Assembly: GCA_050246755.1 (NCBI GenBank)
Contig: JBFWVL010000004.1
Span: forward strand, 198,512 to 262,511
Direction of reading: 5' to 3'
DNA: 64,000 bases
Source of the DNA: Bacteriovoracia bacterium
GTDB taxonomy: Bacteria; Bdellovibrionota; UBA1018; CAIPTA01
Shown here: in pieces, positions 18,761 through 28,953 of the stretch
Layout: each line of letters begins with the position of its first letter
Position numbering within the stretch: the first letter of the stretch is position 1
The notes under the pieces: generated by a model
Databases searched by the model: none
What the model was told of the DNA's origin: nothing
The model's input: only the letters and a program-made list of their open reading frames with translations
Translations under genes and position numbers: made by a program

Positions 18761-19651
18761 CTAGATCAGGTCGGGCTCGGGCCGCTTGCCCCGCCCCACC
18801 AAGATCATTCCGCCGAGAATCAAAACCGCCCCCAGCCATTGCAGGGGCTGCAAGCGTTCTCCAAGAAATACTCCCGCGAGGAGTACCCCGGTCACCGGTT
18901 CGGCGGTGCTCAGGATCGAAACCTCGGCACTAGTGAGTTTCTGGAGGCCCGCCAGGAAAAGGCTCATGGCGGCAAGGGTTCCGATAAGGGCGGTGGCAAG
19001 CACAATGGAAATGGCAGAAGGCAAAAGGGCATACGTATGGTGGCGGAAGTGCCAGGCCGAAAGAACTAGGCCGGCGCCCAGCATAATATAGAAGGTAGAG
19101 GCGAGTGGATTCACGTTTCGCAGCACGCGGCTCGAGGCCAATATATACAGGGAATAAAATACCGCCGAGAGAAAGCCGAAGAGCAAAGCCCGGAAGGCAT
19201 ACACCTGGAACTGTGCGGCGATGAGTAAAAAGAGACCGACGGTAACCACCGGCAAAGCCCAGCGGGCGGCACGGCTCAGCTTTTCGCCGAAAAAGACCCA
19301 CGCGGCCAGGCTTACGATCACCGGGTAGGTATAGAGCAGCAAGGTGGTGAGCGAGGCCGAAAGGCCTTCGAGGGCGTAGAAAAAAAAGCTCGAGAAAAGA
19401 GCGTAACCGAATATTCCGAGAGCGGCGCAATGCAAAATCGTTTTTAGGGGGAGGCGCAGCGCTTTTCGGTTCGTGGTGAATAGCCACAGAAAGAGCAGCG
19501 ATGAGGCCACCGTGAAGCGTAGGCAAAGAAACTCTCCGGGCGTCAGGCCGAGGGCAAAAGCCCATTTTCCGAATAGAACGAGGACCCCAAAGCAAATACC
19601 CGAAGCTAGTACCTGGAGGATCCCCACTTGACGCAGGCGGTTAGTGTTCAT
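18761..19651 (-). CDS. DMT/EamA family transporter
   Basis: About 10 TM segments in two repeats; LLYTYP, EPV...LGE motifs. Confidence 0.9.
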   Translation of the reverse strand: MNTNRLRQVGILQVLASGICFGVLVLFGKWAFALGLTPGEFLCLRFTVASSLLFLWLFTTNRKALRLPLKTILHCAALGIFGYALFSSFFFYALEGLSASLTTLLLYTYPVIVSLAAWVFFGEKLSRAARWALPVVTVGLFLLIAAQFQVYAFRALLFGFLSAVFYSLYILASSRVLRNVNPLASTFYIMLGAGLVLSAWHFRHHTYALLPSAISIVLATALIGTLAAMSLFLAGLQKLTSAEVSILSTAEPVTGVLLAGVFLGERLQPLQWLGAVLILGGMILVGRGKRPEPDLI

Positions 19652-19720
19652 TCTTTTTCTGCCTAAAAATCTTTTGAAATTCGTGCTTTAATCTCAGAAA
19701 CCAAATCGTAGCGAGGATGC

Positions 19721-20947
19721 ATGAAAAAGATCAAGGTAGCAAACCCAGTTGTAGAGATGGACGGCGATGAAATGACCCGGGTGATCTGGGCCTTCATTAA
19801 ACAAAAGCTTATTCTCCCCTACCTCGACCTCGACATTAAGTATTTCGATCTCGGCATCGAGAATCGCGACAAAACCGAAGATAAAGTAACGGTTGAAGCC
19901 GCCAACGCGATCAAGAAATACAAAGTGGGCATTAAATGCGCCACCATCACTCCCGATGAAGACCGGGTAAAAGAATTTAAGCTGAAGAAAATGTGGAAGA
20001 GCCCGAACGGCACGATCCGTAATATTCTCGACGGTACGGTTTTCCGCGAGCCGATCATTTGCAAAAACGTTCCCCGTCTCGTGCCGAACTGGACCCATCC
20101 CATCGTGATCGGCCGCCATGCGTTCGGCGACCAATACAAGGCCACCGACGTGAAGACCAAGGGCAAGGGAAAATTGAAGATGGTATTCGAGCCCGCCGAT
20201 GGCTCGGCCCCCCAAAGCTGGGAAGCTTACGAATTCGAGGCCGATGGCGTGGCCATGATTATGTACAATACGGACGCTTCGATCCGTGGTTTCGCCGAGA
20301 GCTGCTTCAACTACGCCCTCTTAAAGGGCTGGCCGCTCTACCTCAGTAGCAAAAATACCATCCTCAAAACATACGACGGCCGCTTCAAGGATATTTTTGC
20401 CGAAGTGTACGAGAAGGAATTCAAATCGAAGTTCGAAGCGAAAAAAATGACCTACGAGCATCGCCTCATCGACGACATGGTGGCCTCGGCCCTCAAGATG
20501 CACGGTGAGTTCGTATGGGCCTGCAAGAACTACGACGGCGATGTGCAGAGCGATACCGTGGCCCAGGGCTTCGGCTCTCTCGGTTTGATGACTTCCGTGC
20601 TCATGACTCCAGACGGCGGCCTCATGGAAGCGGAAGCCGCGCACGGCACCGTTACCCGCCATTTCCGCCAGCACCAGCAAGGCAAGCCTACGTCCACCAA
20701 TCCTATCGCGTCGATCTTCGCTTGGACCCGCGGCCTCGCGTTCCGCGGCAAGCTCGACAATAATCAGGAGCTGGTGAATTTCGCCAATACCCTCGAGAAA
20801 GTTTGTATCGACGTGGTGGAGAGCGGGAAAATGACCAAAGACCTCGCGATGTGCGCGAAGGGCAATAAGGTTACGGAGAAGGATTACCTCAATACCGAAC
20901 CCTTTCTCGAAGCCCTGAACCAAGAGCTGGCTAAGCGCCTAGGCTAG
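19721..20947 (+). CDS. icd: NADP-dependent isocitrate dehydrogenase (eukaryote-like type II)
   Basis: [41 protein letters not shown]. Confidence 0.97.
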   Translation: MKKIKVANPVVEMDGDEMTRVIWAFIKQKLILPYLDLDIKYFDLGIENRDKTEDKVTVEAANAIKKYKVGIKCATITPDEDRVKEFKLKKMWKSPNGTIRNILDGTVFREPIICKNVPRLVPNWTHPIVIGRHAFGDQYKATDVKTKGKGKLKMVFEPADGSAPQSWEAYEFEADGVAMIMYNTDASIRGFAESCFNYALLKGWPLYLSSKNTILKTYDGRFKDIFAEVYEKEFKSKFEAKKMTYEHRLIDDMVASALKMHGEFVWACKNYDGDVQSDTVAQGFGSLGLMTSVLMTPDGGLMEAEAAHGTVTRHFRQHQQGKPTSTNPIASIFAWTRGLAFRGKLDNNQELVNFANTLEKVCIDVVESGKMTKDLAMCAKGNKVTEKDYLNTEPFLEALNQELAKRLG

Positions 20948-23337
20948 AATTTAAAAATCTTTTTCAGGAAACGCAGAACCCCCCAGGAAGATTCTTCGGG
21001 GGTTTCGCTTTTTGGCGGTTCGGGGGCTATTACTGGAATAGCGGCCGGGGCCGCCGGCGCGGGTGTGCCCGTTCCCTCGGCGGGAGGAAGAATTCCCGCG
21101 GCCCGGTAAATGCTTTCCAGCACGACCGGCGGCAAGGTATCGAGGGTCGCATAAATCTCGGGGTAGCGGTCGTAGAATTTCCAGGCCCTTTTTTCTTCGA
21201 GGAACTCGGGTGCTAGTTCGCCTTCGTATACCCAGAGGGGAAGAAAGGCCTTCGGGTCTTTCACGCGGTAGTAACGATGATGGGCTGAGATATACACACG
21301 ATACTTATCGGCGGGATGCCAGGAGGAATCGCGGTCGTTGAGCTCTTCGAGCGACATCGTTACGAAGTGGCGGTACTTCAAAAAATCTTCTACCTCCGCA
21401 GATTTTTTGGCGCGCGCGGCGTTTCTCTCTTGTTCCACGAGGGCGCGAATGCGGATTTCTTCTCCGCTGCGGGAAGTCTCTCCCTCCACGGTGATCCGGG
21501 TAGAAACGGGCTCCATTCTTTTTTCATTGTGAATTCTCGTGTCATCTTCTGGCGCCGGGGAATGGGCCGATTGCCCGGCCGCCGCGGAGGTCTCTTCGTT
21601 GGTTCCGGAGGAAGCGGAGCGCAGTATTTCCTCAGAGGGAGAAGCTTTTTTTTCTAGCCGGTGAACGGGAGAAGCGGGTTGCTTTTCGGGCCGGGAGCCA
21701 GAAGGCTTTTCCGGGAGAAGATTCGCTGGCTGCATTTTCGGGCCGAGCTCTTTCTCCGGAGTTGGCTGCTTTGCGCGTTCCGGCGCTTGCCCTTCCGTTC
21801 GGGCGCGCGCTTTCTTCGCGGCTTCCGGATCGTTACCGGAAGCAAAGCGCCCCCCACCCTGCTGGGCCGAAGTGGCCGCTCCGGGCGATTCTTCCTGCTT
21901 TACTTTATTTTTATCTATCCCGGGATCGGTGGGGACCATCGAAGATTCTTCTTGGGGATTGGGAAAAAATTCTTCGCTCGGCGTGGCGACGTTTTCGGTG
22001 GCGGCATTTATTCCCGAGGAGGGAACCGAGATGGAGTATCCAGTGGATGAGTCTTCTTCATCTTGAGAGTGGAACTGCGGGATTTCTTCTTTGGCCGGAG
22101 CCGGCTCTTCGGTCGGCCTCGTTTCTTGCGAACGAGCCTCCGCGCCTGTCAGGATTTTTTCTTCCGGCATTGCCGGTGAGGGGCCTTTCTTTGCCGCCGC
22201 CGAAAAATCTCTGGTTTTTTCTGGCGTATGCACATTCCACTGGCGCTCGGGATCGGGAGTTAGCTTGCCGATTTTCATTTCGGGAGGAGGAACGGAGGCG
22301 CGAAGCGGAGTTGCGGGTCGCGGCTTTTCTGCGGAGCTGCTCGGTTTCAGGCGGTCCGGCCTTGGCTTTGCGGGATCTGGTAGCTCTTCATTCCGCTGGG
22401 CAGGGGCCGATTCTTCCGGCGAGGGATCTCGGAGCGCGCGGCCGGGAATATTCGCGGCCGGCACGGACGAATCAGGATTTCCCTCGGCCTGCTCGCTAAC
22501 GAGTTGCTCTTTCGTGGCGCTTGCCTTTTCTTCGGCGATGGCCTTCCCAGTGGCGGCCGGATCTTGGGACTGGGCTTTCAGTTTCTCTTGTGCCGTGAAG
22601 GCGGCCTGCGCAGAATAAACCTGCTTGTTTTTTTTAAAGCCGAGGAGCTCGGCCGCCGGATCCTCGATCGCCCAAGCCTGGTTGCTCTCCTCGAATACAG
22701 GCTTGCTCCGGCTTTCGGCTACCCAGGCGATACCCAGTGATTCGAGTTCCTGCTCCGCCTCGGATTTCGGTGTGGCCACCCAGCGCCAGCGTATTTTTCC
22801 CTGCGGGCTATCGGCCGCTTCCTGCCAGTGGCCGCTTTTCGGCCCAGGCCCGCGCACTAAGAGTACCCTTTCCATATTCGGCGGGCGTTCTTCGAAGCTG
22901 GCGGAGAATCCGGCGGAATGTCTCTTGGCTCGGGCCGTATTGCCTTGGTCCGAGAACAAGAGGCGCTTCTGCAGGTCGATCTTGAAGAGCAAGTTTTTCA
23001 GTGGCAGCGGCAAATGGGCGATTTCGGCCCCGCCAAAGCGCGCCGCCCGCTCTCCCAAAACGATATTTTTGGAAGCGATCAGCAGGAGCACGCGGCATTC
23101 CGCGATCGGTTGCACGATTTCACACCACTCGTAGGCCAGCTGCGCACGATCGAGATCGTCGGTGGAGCCCACTTCGAGTACGGCGAGATAAGGCCGGTGC
23201 CGGTCGGGGCTCGAGAGAAAGTCGTCGATGGAATCAATGCGCTTGGCTTCGTGTCCCTCGTTCACGAGCACTTCTTGGAGATCGAGCGGGAAGTGCAGGC
23301 TCGTGGACGTGAGGAAGAGGATGATGGGAGTTTCCAC
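20944..23337 (-). CDS. Large hypothetical protein: receiver-like N-terminus, two related Trp-rich modules, long disordered linker
   Basis: 819-codon open frame; probable GTG start at 23337 just after the ddpX stop; P/E/S/A-rich centre. Confidence 0.75.
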   Translation of the reverse strand: METPIILFLTSTSLHFPLDLQEVLVNEGHEAKRIDSIDDFLSSPDRHRPYLAVLEVGSTDDLDRAQLAYEWCEIVQPIAECRVLLLIASKNIVLGERAARFGGAEIAHLPLPLKNLLFKIDLQKRLLFSDQGNTARAKRHSAGFSASFEERPPNMERVLLVRGPGPKSGHWQEAADSPQGKIRWRWVATPKSEAEQELESLGIAWVAESRSKPVFEESNQAWAIEDPAAELLGFKKNKQVYSAQAAFTAQEKLKAQSQDPAATGKAIAEEKASATKEQLVSEQAEGNPDSSVPAANIPGRALRDPSPEESAPAQRNEELPDPAKPRPDRLKPSSSAEKPRPATPLRASVPPPEMKIGKLTPDPERQWNVHTPEKTRDFSAAAKKGPSPAMPEEKILTGAEARSQETRPTEEPAPAKEEIPQFHSQDEEDSSTGYSISVPSSGINAATENVATPSEEFFPNPQEESSMVPTDPGIDKNKVKQEESPGAATSAQQGGGRFASGNDPEAAKKARARTEGQAPERAKQPTPEKELGPKMQPANLLPEKPSGSRPEKQPASPVHRLEKKASPSEEILRSASSGTNEETSAAAGQSAHSPAPEDDTRIHNEKRMEPVSTRITVEGETSRSGEEIRIRALVEQERNAARAKKSAEVEDFLKYRHFVTMSLEELNDRDSSWHPADKYRVYISAHHRYYRVKDPKAFLPLWVYEGELAPEFLEEKRAWKFYDRYPEIYATLDTLPPVVLESIYRAAGILPPAEGTGTPAPAAPAAIPVIAPEPPKSETPEESSWGVLRFLKKIFKF

Positions 23338-23339
23338 GC

Positions 23340-23957
23340 CTATTCCAACCTGCGGAATTTTTCCCGCACTTCGGTGGCAGGCAATGCGTCGTAGTGCCAC
23401 CACTCATGGGGCAGCTGGAGAAAGCCCGCGTCCACCATTACGCCGCGCAAAAGCAGGCGGTTGTCTATCTGCGCCTTCGTGAGGCGCTTGGCGGCGAGCC
23501 ACTCTTGTTCCCGGCGAGGCTCGGCCAAATCGGAAAGATCGTCGAAGGGAGTGCCCATATCGAGTTCCGCTGAGTTTTTATCGATGAGGCTGAGGTCGAT
23601 GGAAAATCCGTAGCTATGGAGAGAGCCTTTCGCGGGATCGGCAAAATAAGGCCGTTGCGGGGTGTCCTTTACGAGATTCCAAAATTCGATTTGGGCGCTT
23701 TGCGGCCGAAGTGCATCGAAAACGATGAATTTTAGCGAGGGGTGGCGGGCGGCAAGCAGGGAGGAGGCTCGCTGAAATTTTTTTGCGGCTAAGCGATGCA
23801 GGAGTACCCGCTGGAATCCCTCGTATACGTCGCGCGCGAGTAAATTATTTGTGCTGCCGTAGCGCAGATCCGCCCGCACGTTGGGTAAATCCGTGAGATC
23901 GGCAAACTCGGGGTTATGCAAGGCGCTCTCTAGCGAGGCCCGCGCAGAAGAATGCAT
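23340..23957 (-). CDS. ddpX: D-alanyl-D-alanine dipeptidase (peptidase M15D, VanX/DdpX family)
   Basis: DLRY..NN, FDALRP, SLHSYGFSID, DMGTPFD, EWWHY. Confidence 0.92.
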   Translation of the reverse strand: MHSSARASLESALHNPEFADLTDLPNVRADLRYGSTNNLLARDVYEGFQRVLLHRLAAKKFQRASSLLAARHPSLKFIVFDALRPQSAQIEFWNLVKDTPQRPYFADPAKGSLHSYGFSIDLSLIDKNSAELDMGTPFDDLSDLAEPRREQEWLAAKRLTKAQIDNRLLLRGVMVDAGFLQLPHEWWHYDALPATEVREKFRRLE

Positions 23958-24126
23958 GCTAAAAAGCGTAGCACGTAGCATTCGCTAGTCCTACCCTCGT
24001 GCCCGGCTGAGGATTTCTTCTGACGCATGCGGTCAGAAGCCTTGCCTTTCCCTTTGCCGTGCCCACCTTTTCTTGATAAATTTCTGTATGTTTTTCGTTT
24101 TGGTTTCGCGGCCTTAAAGGAGCAGC

Positions 24127-25275
24127 TTGAATAATTTTTACACGGTTCTCGTGATTCCCGAGAAGACCAAGCAAGTGAAGAAAGTGGTAGTGCCCACGAT
24201 CTACGTGCGTGTGGGCCTACTCGTGGGGTCCGTGGCTGCATTTTTTATCGCGTTCATGGTGTACGACTACGTGAACGTAATGCGCCAACTCTCGGAAAAT
24301 AAAAGATTACAAACCGAGAACCGCCAGCTGAAGCAGCAAATCCAAACGTTCACTACCAAGCTCCAGGGCGTGCAGGATTCCCTCGAGCGCATCCAGACCT
24401 ATACGGCGAAATTGCGGATCATCACGAACCAGGCCGGTGAAAACGTAGATACCCTCAAGAAAAAAGTAGCGCCGGATATCCCGGGGATGCCGATGGACGA
24501 TCACTCCGACGTTCCGCCCACCAAGAGCATTCCTTCTGGCAGAGAAAGTTTTCTTTTCTCCCCCACCCGCGATCTCGGCCTGATGCCGCCGGTACGCGGG
24601 CGTTTGCTCGCTTCGCTCAACGATGATCAGGCATACCACTTGGCGAACCGCTCGATCGCCGAGGCGCAGGAAAGTCATTCCGAGGAGCAGAGGGAGGCCG
24701 TGGCCAAGCAGCGTCTGTCTGATTTGATTCGGGAAGATGAAGAGCGGGAAAGCGCCGAGCTGCGCCAGGAATTCCAGAAGCTCCAGCTGGCCTTCGATTC
24801 CGTGCACCAGCATGCCGTGGCCGTGGAGCTCGACGTGCAGGCGTTGACCACCGCCCTCTACGATCAGCGCGATTATCTCAACAGCATGCCCACGCTGAAG
24901 CCCACCAACGGCTGGTATACTTCCGGCTTCGGCACCCGCGATTCTCCTTTCACCGGCAAGCCAAACATGCATGAGGGCTTGGACATCGCGAATCACGTGG
25001 GCAGCCCCATTGTGGCTCCGGCTGCCGGGATCGTCACTTATTCGGGCCCCCGCGCGGGCTATGGCAGCCTCGTGACCATTGATCACGGCTACGGCATTCA
25101 AACTCAGTTTGGGCATATTTCGAGAACTTACGTGAAGGTGGGCGACCGCGTGAAGCGCGGGCATAAAATCGCCGCCGTGGGAAATACCGGAAGATCAACC
25201 GGCCCTCACGTGCACTACGAGGTGCGCGTGAACGGAATACCGATCAATCCGCAGTTTTATATTTTGGAGGATTAA
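24127..25275 (+). CDS. M23 family peptidoglycan endopeptidase with N-terminal TM and coiled coil
   Basis: HEGLD and [10 protein letters not shown] zinc motifs; TTG start after AAGGAG. Confidence 0.93.
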   Translation: MNNFYTVLVIPEKTKQVKKVVVPTIYVRVGLLVGSVAAFFIAFMVYDYVNVMRQLSENKRLQTENRQLKQQIQTFTTKLQGVQDSLERIQTYTAKLRIITNQAGENVDTLKKKVAPDIPGMPMDDHSDVPPTKSIPSGRESFLFSPTRDLGLMPPVRGRLLASLNDDQAYHLANRSIAEAQESHSEEQREAVAKQRLSDLIREDEERESAELRQEFQKLQLAFDSVHQHAVAVELDVQALTTALYDQRDYLNSMPTLKPTNGWYTSGFGTRDSPFTGKPNMHEGLDIANHVGSPIVAPAAGIVTYSGPRAGYGSLVTIDHGYGIQTQFGHISRTYVKVGDRVKRGHKIAAVGNTGRSTGPHVHYEVRVNGIPINPQFYILED

Positions 25276-25276
25276 C

Positions 25277-27910
25277 GTGATCGCAGCTTTAGCGAAAAAA
25301 ATCTTTGGCACCCAGAACGAGCGCGAGCTGAAAAGCATCCAGCCGATCGTGGAAAAAATCAATTCGCTCGAAGCCGACGTGCAGAAACTCAGCGACGATC
25401 AGCTGCGCGGGAAAACCCTCGAGTTCAAGGACCGTATCGCGAAGGGCGAAAGCCTTGATTCGATCCTTCCCGAAGCCTTCGCCGTTTGCCGGGAAGGCTC
25501 CAAGCGCGCCCTCGGCATGCGCCACTATGATGTGCAGCTGATCGGTGGTATCGCCCTTCACCGCGGAAAAATTTCCGAGATGCGCACTGGGGAAGGGAAA
25601 ACGCTCGTGGCCACCCTCGCCGTTTACCTGAACGCGCTCACCGGCCGCGGCGTGCACCTCATCACCGTGAACGATTATCTCGCCCGCCGTGACGCGGAAT
25701 GGATGGGCAAGCTCTACGGATTCCTCGGCCTCACCACCGGCGTAATCGTGCATGGCCTGAACGATCAGGAGCGGCAGGAAAATTACGGCCGCGATATCAC
25801 CTACGGCACAAACAACGAGTTCGGCTTCGATTACCTGCGCGACAATATGAAATTCCGCCTGGAAGATTACGTGCAGCGCGAACTCAATTTCGCCATCGTG
25901 GACGAAGTGGATTCCATCCTCATCGACGAAGCGCGCACTCCGCTCATTATTTCCGGCCCTACCGACGAGAGCTCCGATAAGTACGCCATCGTGAACGGCA
26001 TCATCCCTTACCTGAAAAAAGAAGAGCATTTCACCATCGACGAGAAATCGAAAACCGTCTCTCTCAACGAGAACGGTATCTCCAAGGTGGAGCAGCTGCT
26101 CAATATCCAGAACCTCTACGACCCGCTGAATATCGAAACCCTGCACCACGTGCAGAGCGGCCTGAAGGCGCACAATATCTTCAAGCTCGACGTGGACTAC
26201 GTGGTGCGCGACGGCAAGGTAGTGATCGTGGACGAGTTTACCGGCCGTATCATGCCGGGCCGCCGCTGGAGCGATGGCTTGCATCAGGCCGTGGAGGCCA
26301 AAGAGGGCGTGGAGATCGAGAACGAGAACCAGACGCTCGCCAGCGTGACCTTCCAGAATTATTTCCGTCTCTACAAAAAACTCGCCGGGATGACGGGCAC
26401 CGCCGATACCGAAGCCGTGGAATTCAAGAAAATCTATAATCTCGACGTGATGCTGATTCCCACGAATAAGCCCACGCAGCGGAAAGATTCCGATGATTTG
26501 ATCTATAAAGATCTCGAGGCCAAATACAACGCCATCGCCAAAGAAATTAAAGTTTGCTACGAGAAAAACCAGCCGGTGCTCGTGGGTACCGTGTCGATCG
26601 AGAAGAGTGAGCTCCTTTCCACGCTGCTCAAGCGCCTAAAAATCCCCCATAACGTGCTGAACGCCAAGCACCACGAGCGGGAAGCCGAGATCATCGCCCA
26701 GGCGGGAAAAAGCAAACAGGTAACCATCGCCACGAACATGGCTGGCCGGGGTACCGATATTCTCCTCGGCGGAAATCCCGAATACCTCGCCAAGAGCGAA
26801 GTGGGCGAGGAAGATCCCACCTACCCCGATGTGTACAAAAAATACAAAGCCCAGACGGATAAGGACAAAGAGATCGTAATGGCCGCGGGCGGTTTATTCA
26901 TCATGGGTACGGAGCGCCACGAAAGCCGGCGCATCGACAACCAGCTGCGCGGCCGCGCCGGGCGCCAAGGCGATCCCGGGGCTTCGCGCTTCTTTCTCTC
27001 GCTCGAAGACGATCTCTTCCGCATCTTCGGTGGCGATCGCATCAAGACGCTCATGGGATCCAGCCTCGAGGCCGACGAGCCCATCGAGCACCCTTGGCTC
27101 TCCCGCGCCATCGAGAATGCCCAGAAAAAAGTAGAGGGGCATAACTTCGATATCCGCAAACACCTCCTCCAGTACGACGACGTGATGAACGAGCAGCGCA
27201 AGATCATCTACGGAATACGCAAAGAGATCCTTTCAAATCCCTCCCAGAAGGATTTGCTGGTGGATTTCTTATATTTCATCGCCGAAGGCTTGGCGGTGGA
27301 CTACGGTCACGACAAGCAGCCCGTAAGCACGTGGAACTGGGACGAGCTCAACGGCACCCTCAGATCCGTTTTTCACCAAGATCTTTCGGTTACGGAAAAA
27401 GACCTGAAGAAACAGAAAGTGGAGGGCCTGCGTGAGGCGATTTTCGCCAAACTCTTCGCCCGCTTCGAAGCGAAGGAAGCCGAGCTCGGACAGTTCATGC
27501 CCGAGGTGGAGAAAATGTTCTCGCTCTCCACTATCGATCAGCTCTGGAAAGATCACCTTTTGAGCATGGATCACCTGCGCGAAGGCATCGGCCTCCGCGG
27601 TTATGCACAGAAGGATCCCCTGCTCGAGTACAAAAAAGAGAGCTTCCTCATGTTCAAGATGATGGATGCGCAGATCAAGCAGGACGTGATCGCCAAAATC
27701 TTCAACGTGCAGCTGGCGCCCCAGCAGGCCGAAAAAGAAATCGAGCGCTTCGAAGAAAAGATGGAGCGGAACGTGCCGATGACCATGCGCCACGGCGACG
27801 AGGGAGAACAGCCGGCGGAGCCCGTGGTGCGCAAAGAAGAAAAAGTGGGCCGCAACGATCCTTGCCCTTGCGGCAGCGGCAAGAAATACAAAGCCTGCCA
27901 CGGGCGGTAA
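25277..27910 (+). CDS. secA: Preprotein translocase ATPase SecA
   Basis: [37 protein letters not shown]-terminal [18 protein letters not shown]. Confidence 0.99.
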   Translation: MIAALAKKIFGTQNERELKSIQPIVEKINSLEADVQKLSDDQLRGKTLEFKDRIAKGESLDSILPEAFAVCREGSKRALGMRHYDVQLIGGIALHRGKISEMRTGEGKTLVATLAVYLNALTGRGVHLITVNDYLARRDAEWMGKLYGFLGLTTGVIVHGLNDQERQENYGRDITYGTNNEFGFDYLRDNMKFRLEDYVQRELNFAIVDEVDSILIDEARTPLIISGPTDESSDKYAIVNGIIPYLKKEEHFTIDEKSKTVSLNENGISKVEQLLNIQNLYDPLNIETLHHVQSGLKAHNIFKLDVDYVVRDGKVVIVDEFTGRIMPGRRWSDGLHQAVEAKEGVEIENENQTLASVTFQNYFRLYKKLAGMTGTADTEAVEFKKIYNLDVMLIPTNKPTQRKDSDDLIYKDLEAKYNAIAKEIKVCYEKNQPVLVGTVSIEKSELLSTLLKRLKIPHNVLNAKHHEREAEIIAQAGKSKQVTIATNMAGRGTDILLGGNPEYLAKSEVGEEDPTYPDVYKKYKAQTDKDKEIVMAAGGLFIMGTERHESRRIDNQLRGRAGRQGDPGASRFFLSLEDDLFRIFGGDRIKTLMGSSLEADEPIEHPWLSRAIENAQKKVEGHNFDIRKHLLQYDDVMNEQRKIIYGIRKEILSNPSQKDLLVDFLYFIAEGLAVDYGHDKQPVSTWNWDELNGTLRSVFHQDLSVTEKDLKKQKVEGLREAIFAKLFARFEAKEAELGQFMPEVEKMFSLSTIDQLWKDHLLSMDHLREGIGLRGYAQKDPLLEYKKESFLMFKMMDAQIKQDVIAKIFNVQLAPQQAEKEIERFEEKMERNVPMTMRHGDEGEQPAEPVVRKEEKVGRNDPCPCGSGKKYKACHGR

Positions 27911-27913
27911 AGG

Positions 27914-28897
27914 ATGAACGAAGACAAAGAAAGCTTGCTCGAAAGTTTTCAGGATGGGAGTCCGGAAGCTGCCGCGGAGCCGAAGCCCGGTGAGGAAGTA
28001 CCGTTCGAGGAAGACATGAGCGCCGTGGCGGAGGCCTTGCTGAATGCCGATGCGCTCGCGGGTGACGCTTCTCTTTCCGACGCGCCCTCCCCCGATGAAA
28101 ACTCCAATCCCGCCCTCGCGGTGGAGGAAATGCTTTCAATGGCCGTGCTCGACGAGGTGGCTGAGCTGGGACCTGGCGAAGGCCCGGCCGAATCCGGCAG
28201 TGCGCCCACTTTCCAATTGAAGATCGGGATTGAAAAAGCCGCTTCCCGCGACGAAATCAAGAAAATCGCCGCTGAAATGGAGCTCGCCCTTCCCGAGGCC
28301 ACCTGGGCTTCCGAGATGCCAATGGTGAGTCAGCTCAGCGAGTTCCAGGCCCTCTATTTCTTGCAGCGCCTGCGCGCCTTAGGGCTTACCGCGACGGTAG
28401 AGGCGCTGCGCCCGGGCCATGCGCTTAGCGAAGATGAATTGGCCCTCGGGTCTTTATCTGAGGTGCCGGAAGCTTCGGCGATAAAAACCGAGGGCGCTCC
28501 TAGCGTGGTCCTTCCGGGCAACGAAAAATCGGTTTTGCTATATAGCGGCGACAGCCTGCCCGCTTTTCCCGTGTCCCAAACCCTGGGCATAGTTACTGCG
28601 CACCGCTCCTTAGCGCGACGTTTTTTTCGCGACGAAGAAATCAGCGAAAAATTAAAAAAAGAAATGGAACGAGTACCGGGACGCGGCGCTTCCAATTTGC
28701 CTAAATCCCGGCTCGAAGGCTTATTTCGAGAACTTTTCCTGGATTTGCAGAAAGCTGCGCTCTCTTTGGGCGGAAATGCCGTGCTGGGAGTGAAGATTGA
28801 TACCTTCCCCGAAACGAATAGCCTGGATCCTTCTCTGGAACAGATGCGCCTGGTTGCGTTCGGTACCGCCGCTGTAGTAGAAAAATGGGACCCTTGA
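27914..28897 (+). CDS. Acidic protein with C-terminal YbjQ/UPF0145-like domain
   Basis: C-terminal LQKAALSLGGNAVLGVKID...LVAFGTAAVV; in operon with secA. Confidence 0.7.
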   Translation: MNEDKESLLESFQDGSPEAAAEPKPGEEVPFEEDMSAVAEALLNADALAGDASLSDAPSPDENSNPALAVEEMLSMAVLDEVAELGPGEGPAESGSAPTFQLKIGIEKAASRDEIKKIAAEMELALPEATWASEMPMVSQLSEFQALYFLQRLRALGLTATVEALRPGHALSEDELALGSLSEVPEASAIKTEGAPSVVLPGNEKSVLLYSGDSLPAFPVSQTLGIVTAHRSLARRFFRDEEISEKLKKEMERVPGRGASNLPKSRLEGLFRELFLDLQKAALSLGGNAVLGVKIDTFPETNSLDPSLEQMRLVAFGTAAVVEKWDP

Positions 28898-28953
28898 ACC
28901 AGAAACTGAAGTCTTGAGCGGTACTTAGCTAATTATTGAGAAATGGACCATTA

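Noticed and set aside
24127-27910. M23 peptidase immediately upstream of secA
   Set aside because: A known arrangement in many Gram-negative bacteria
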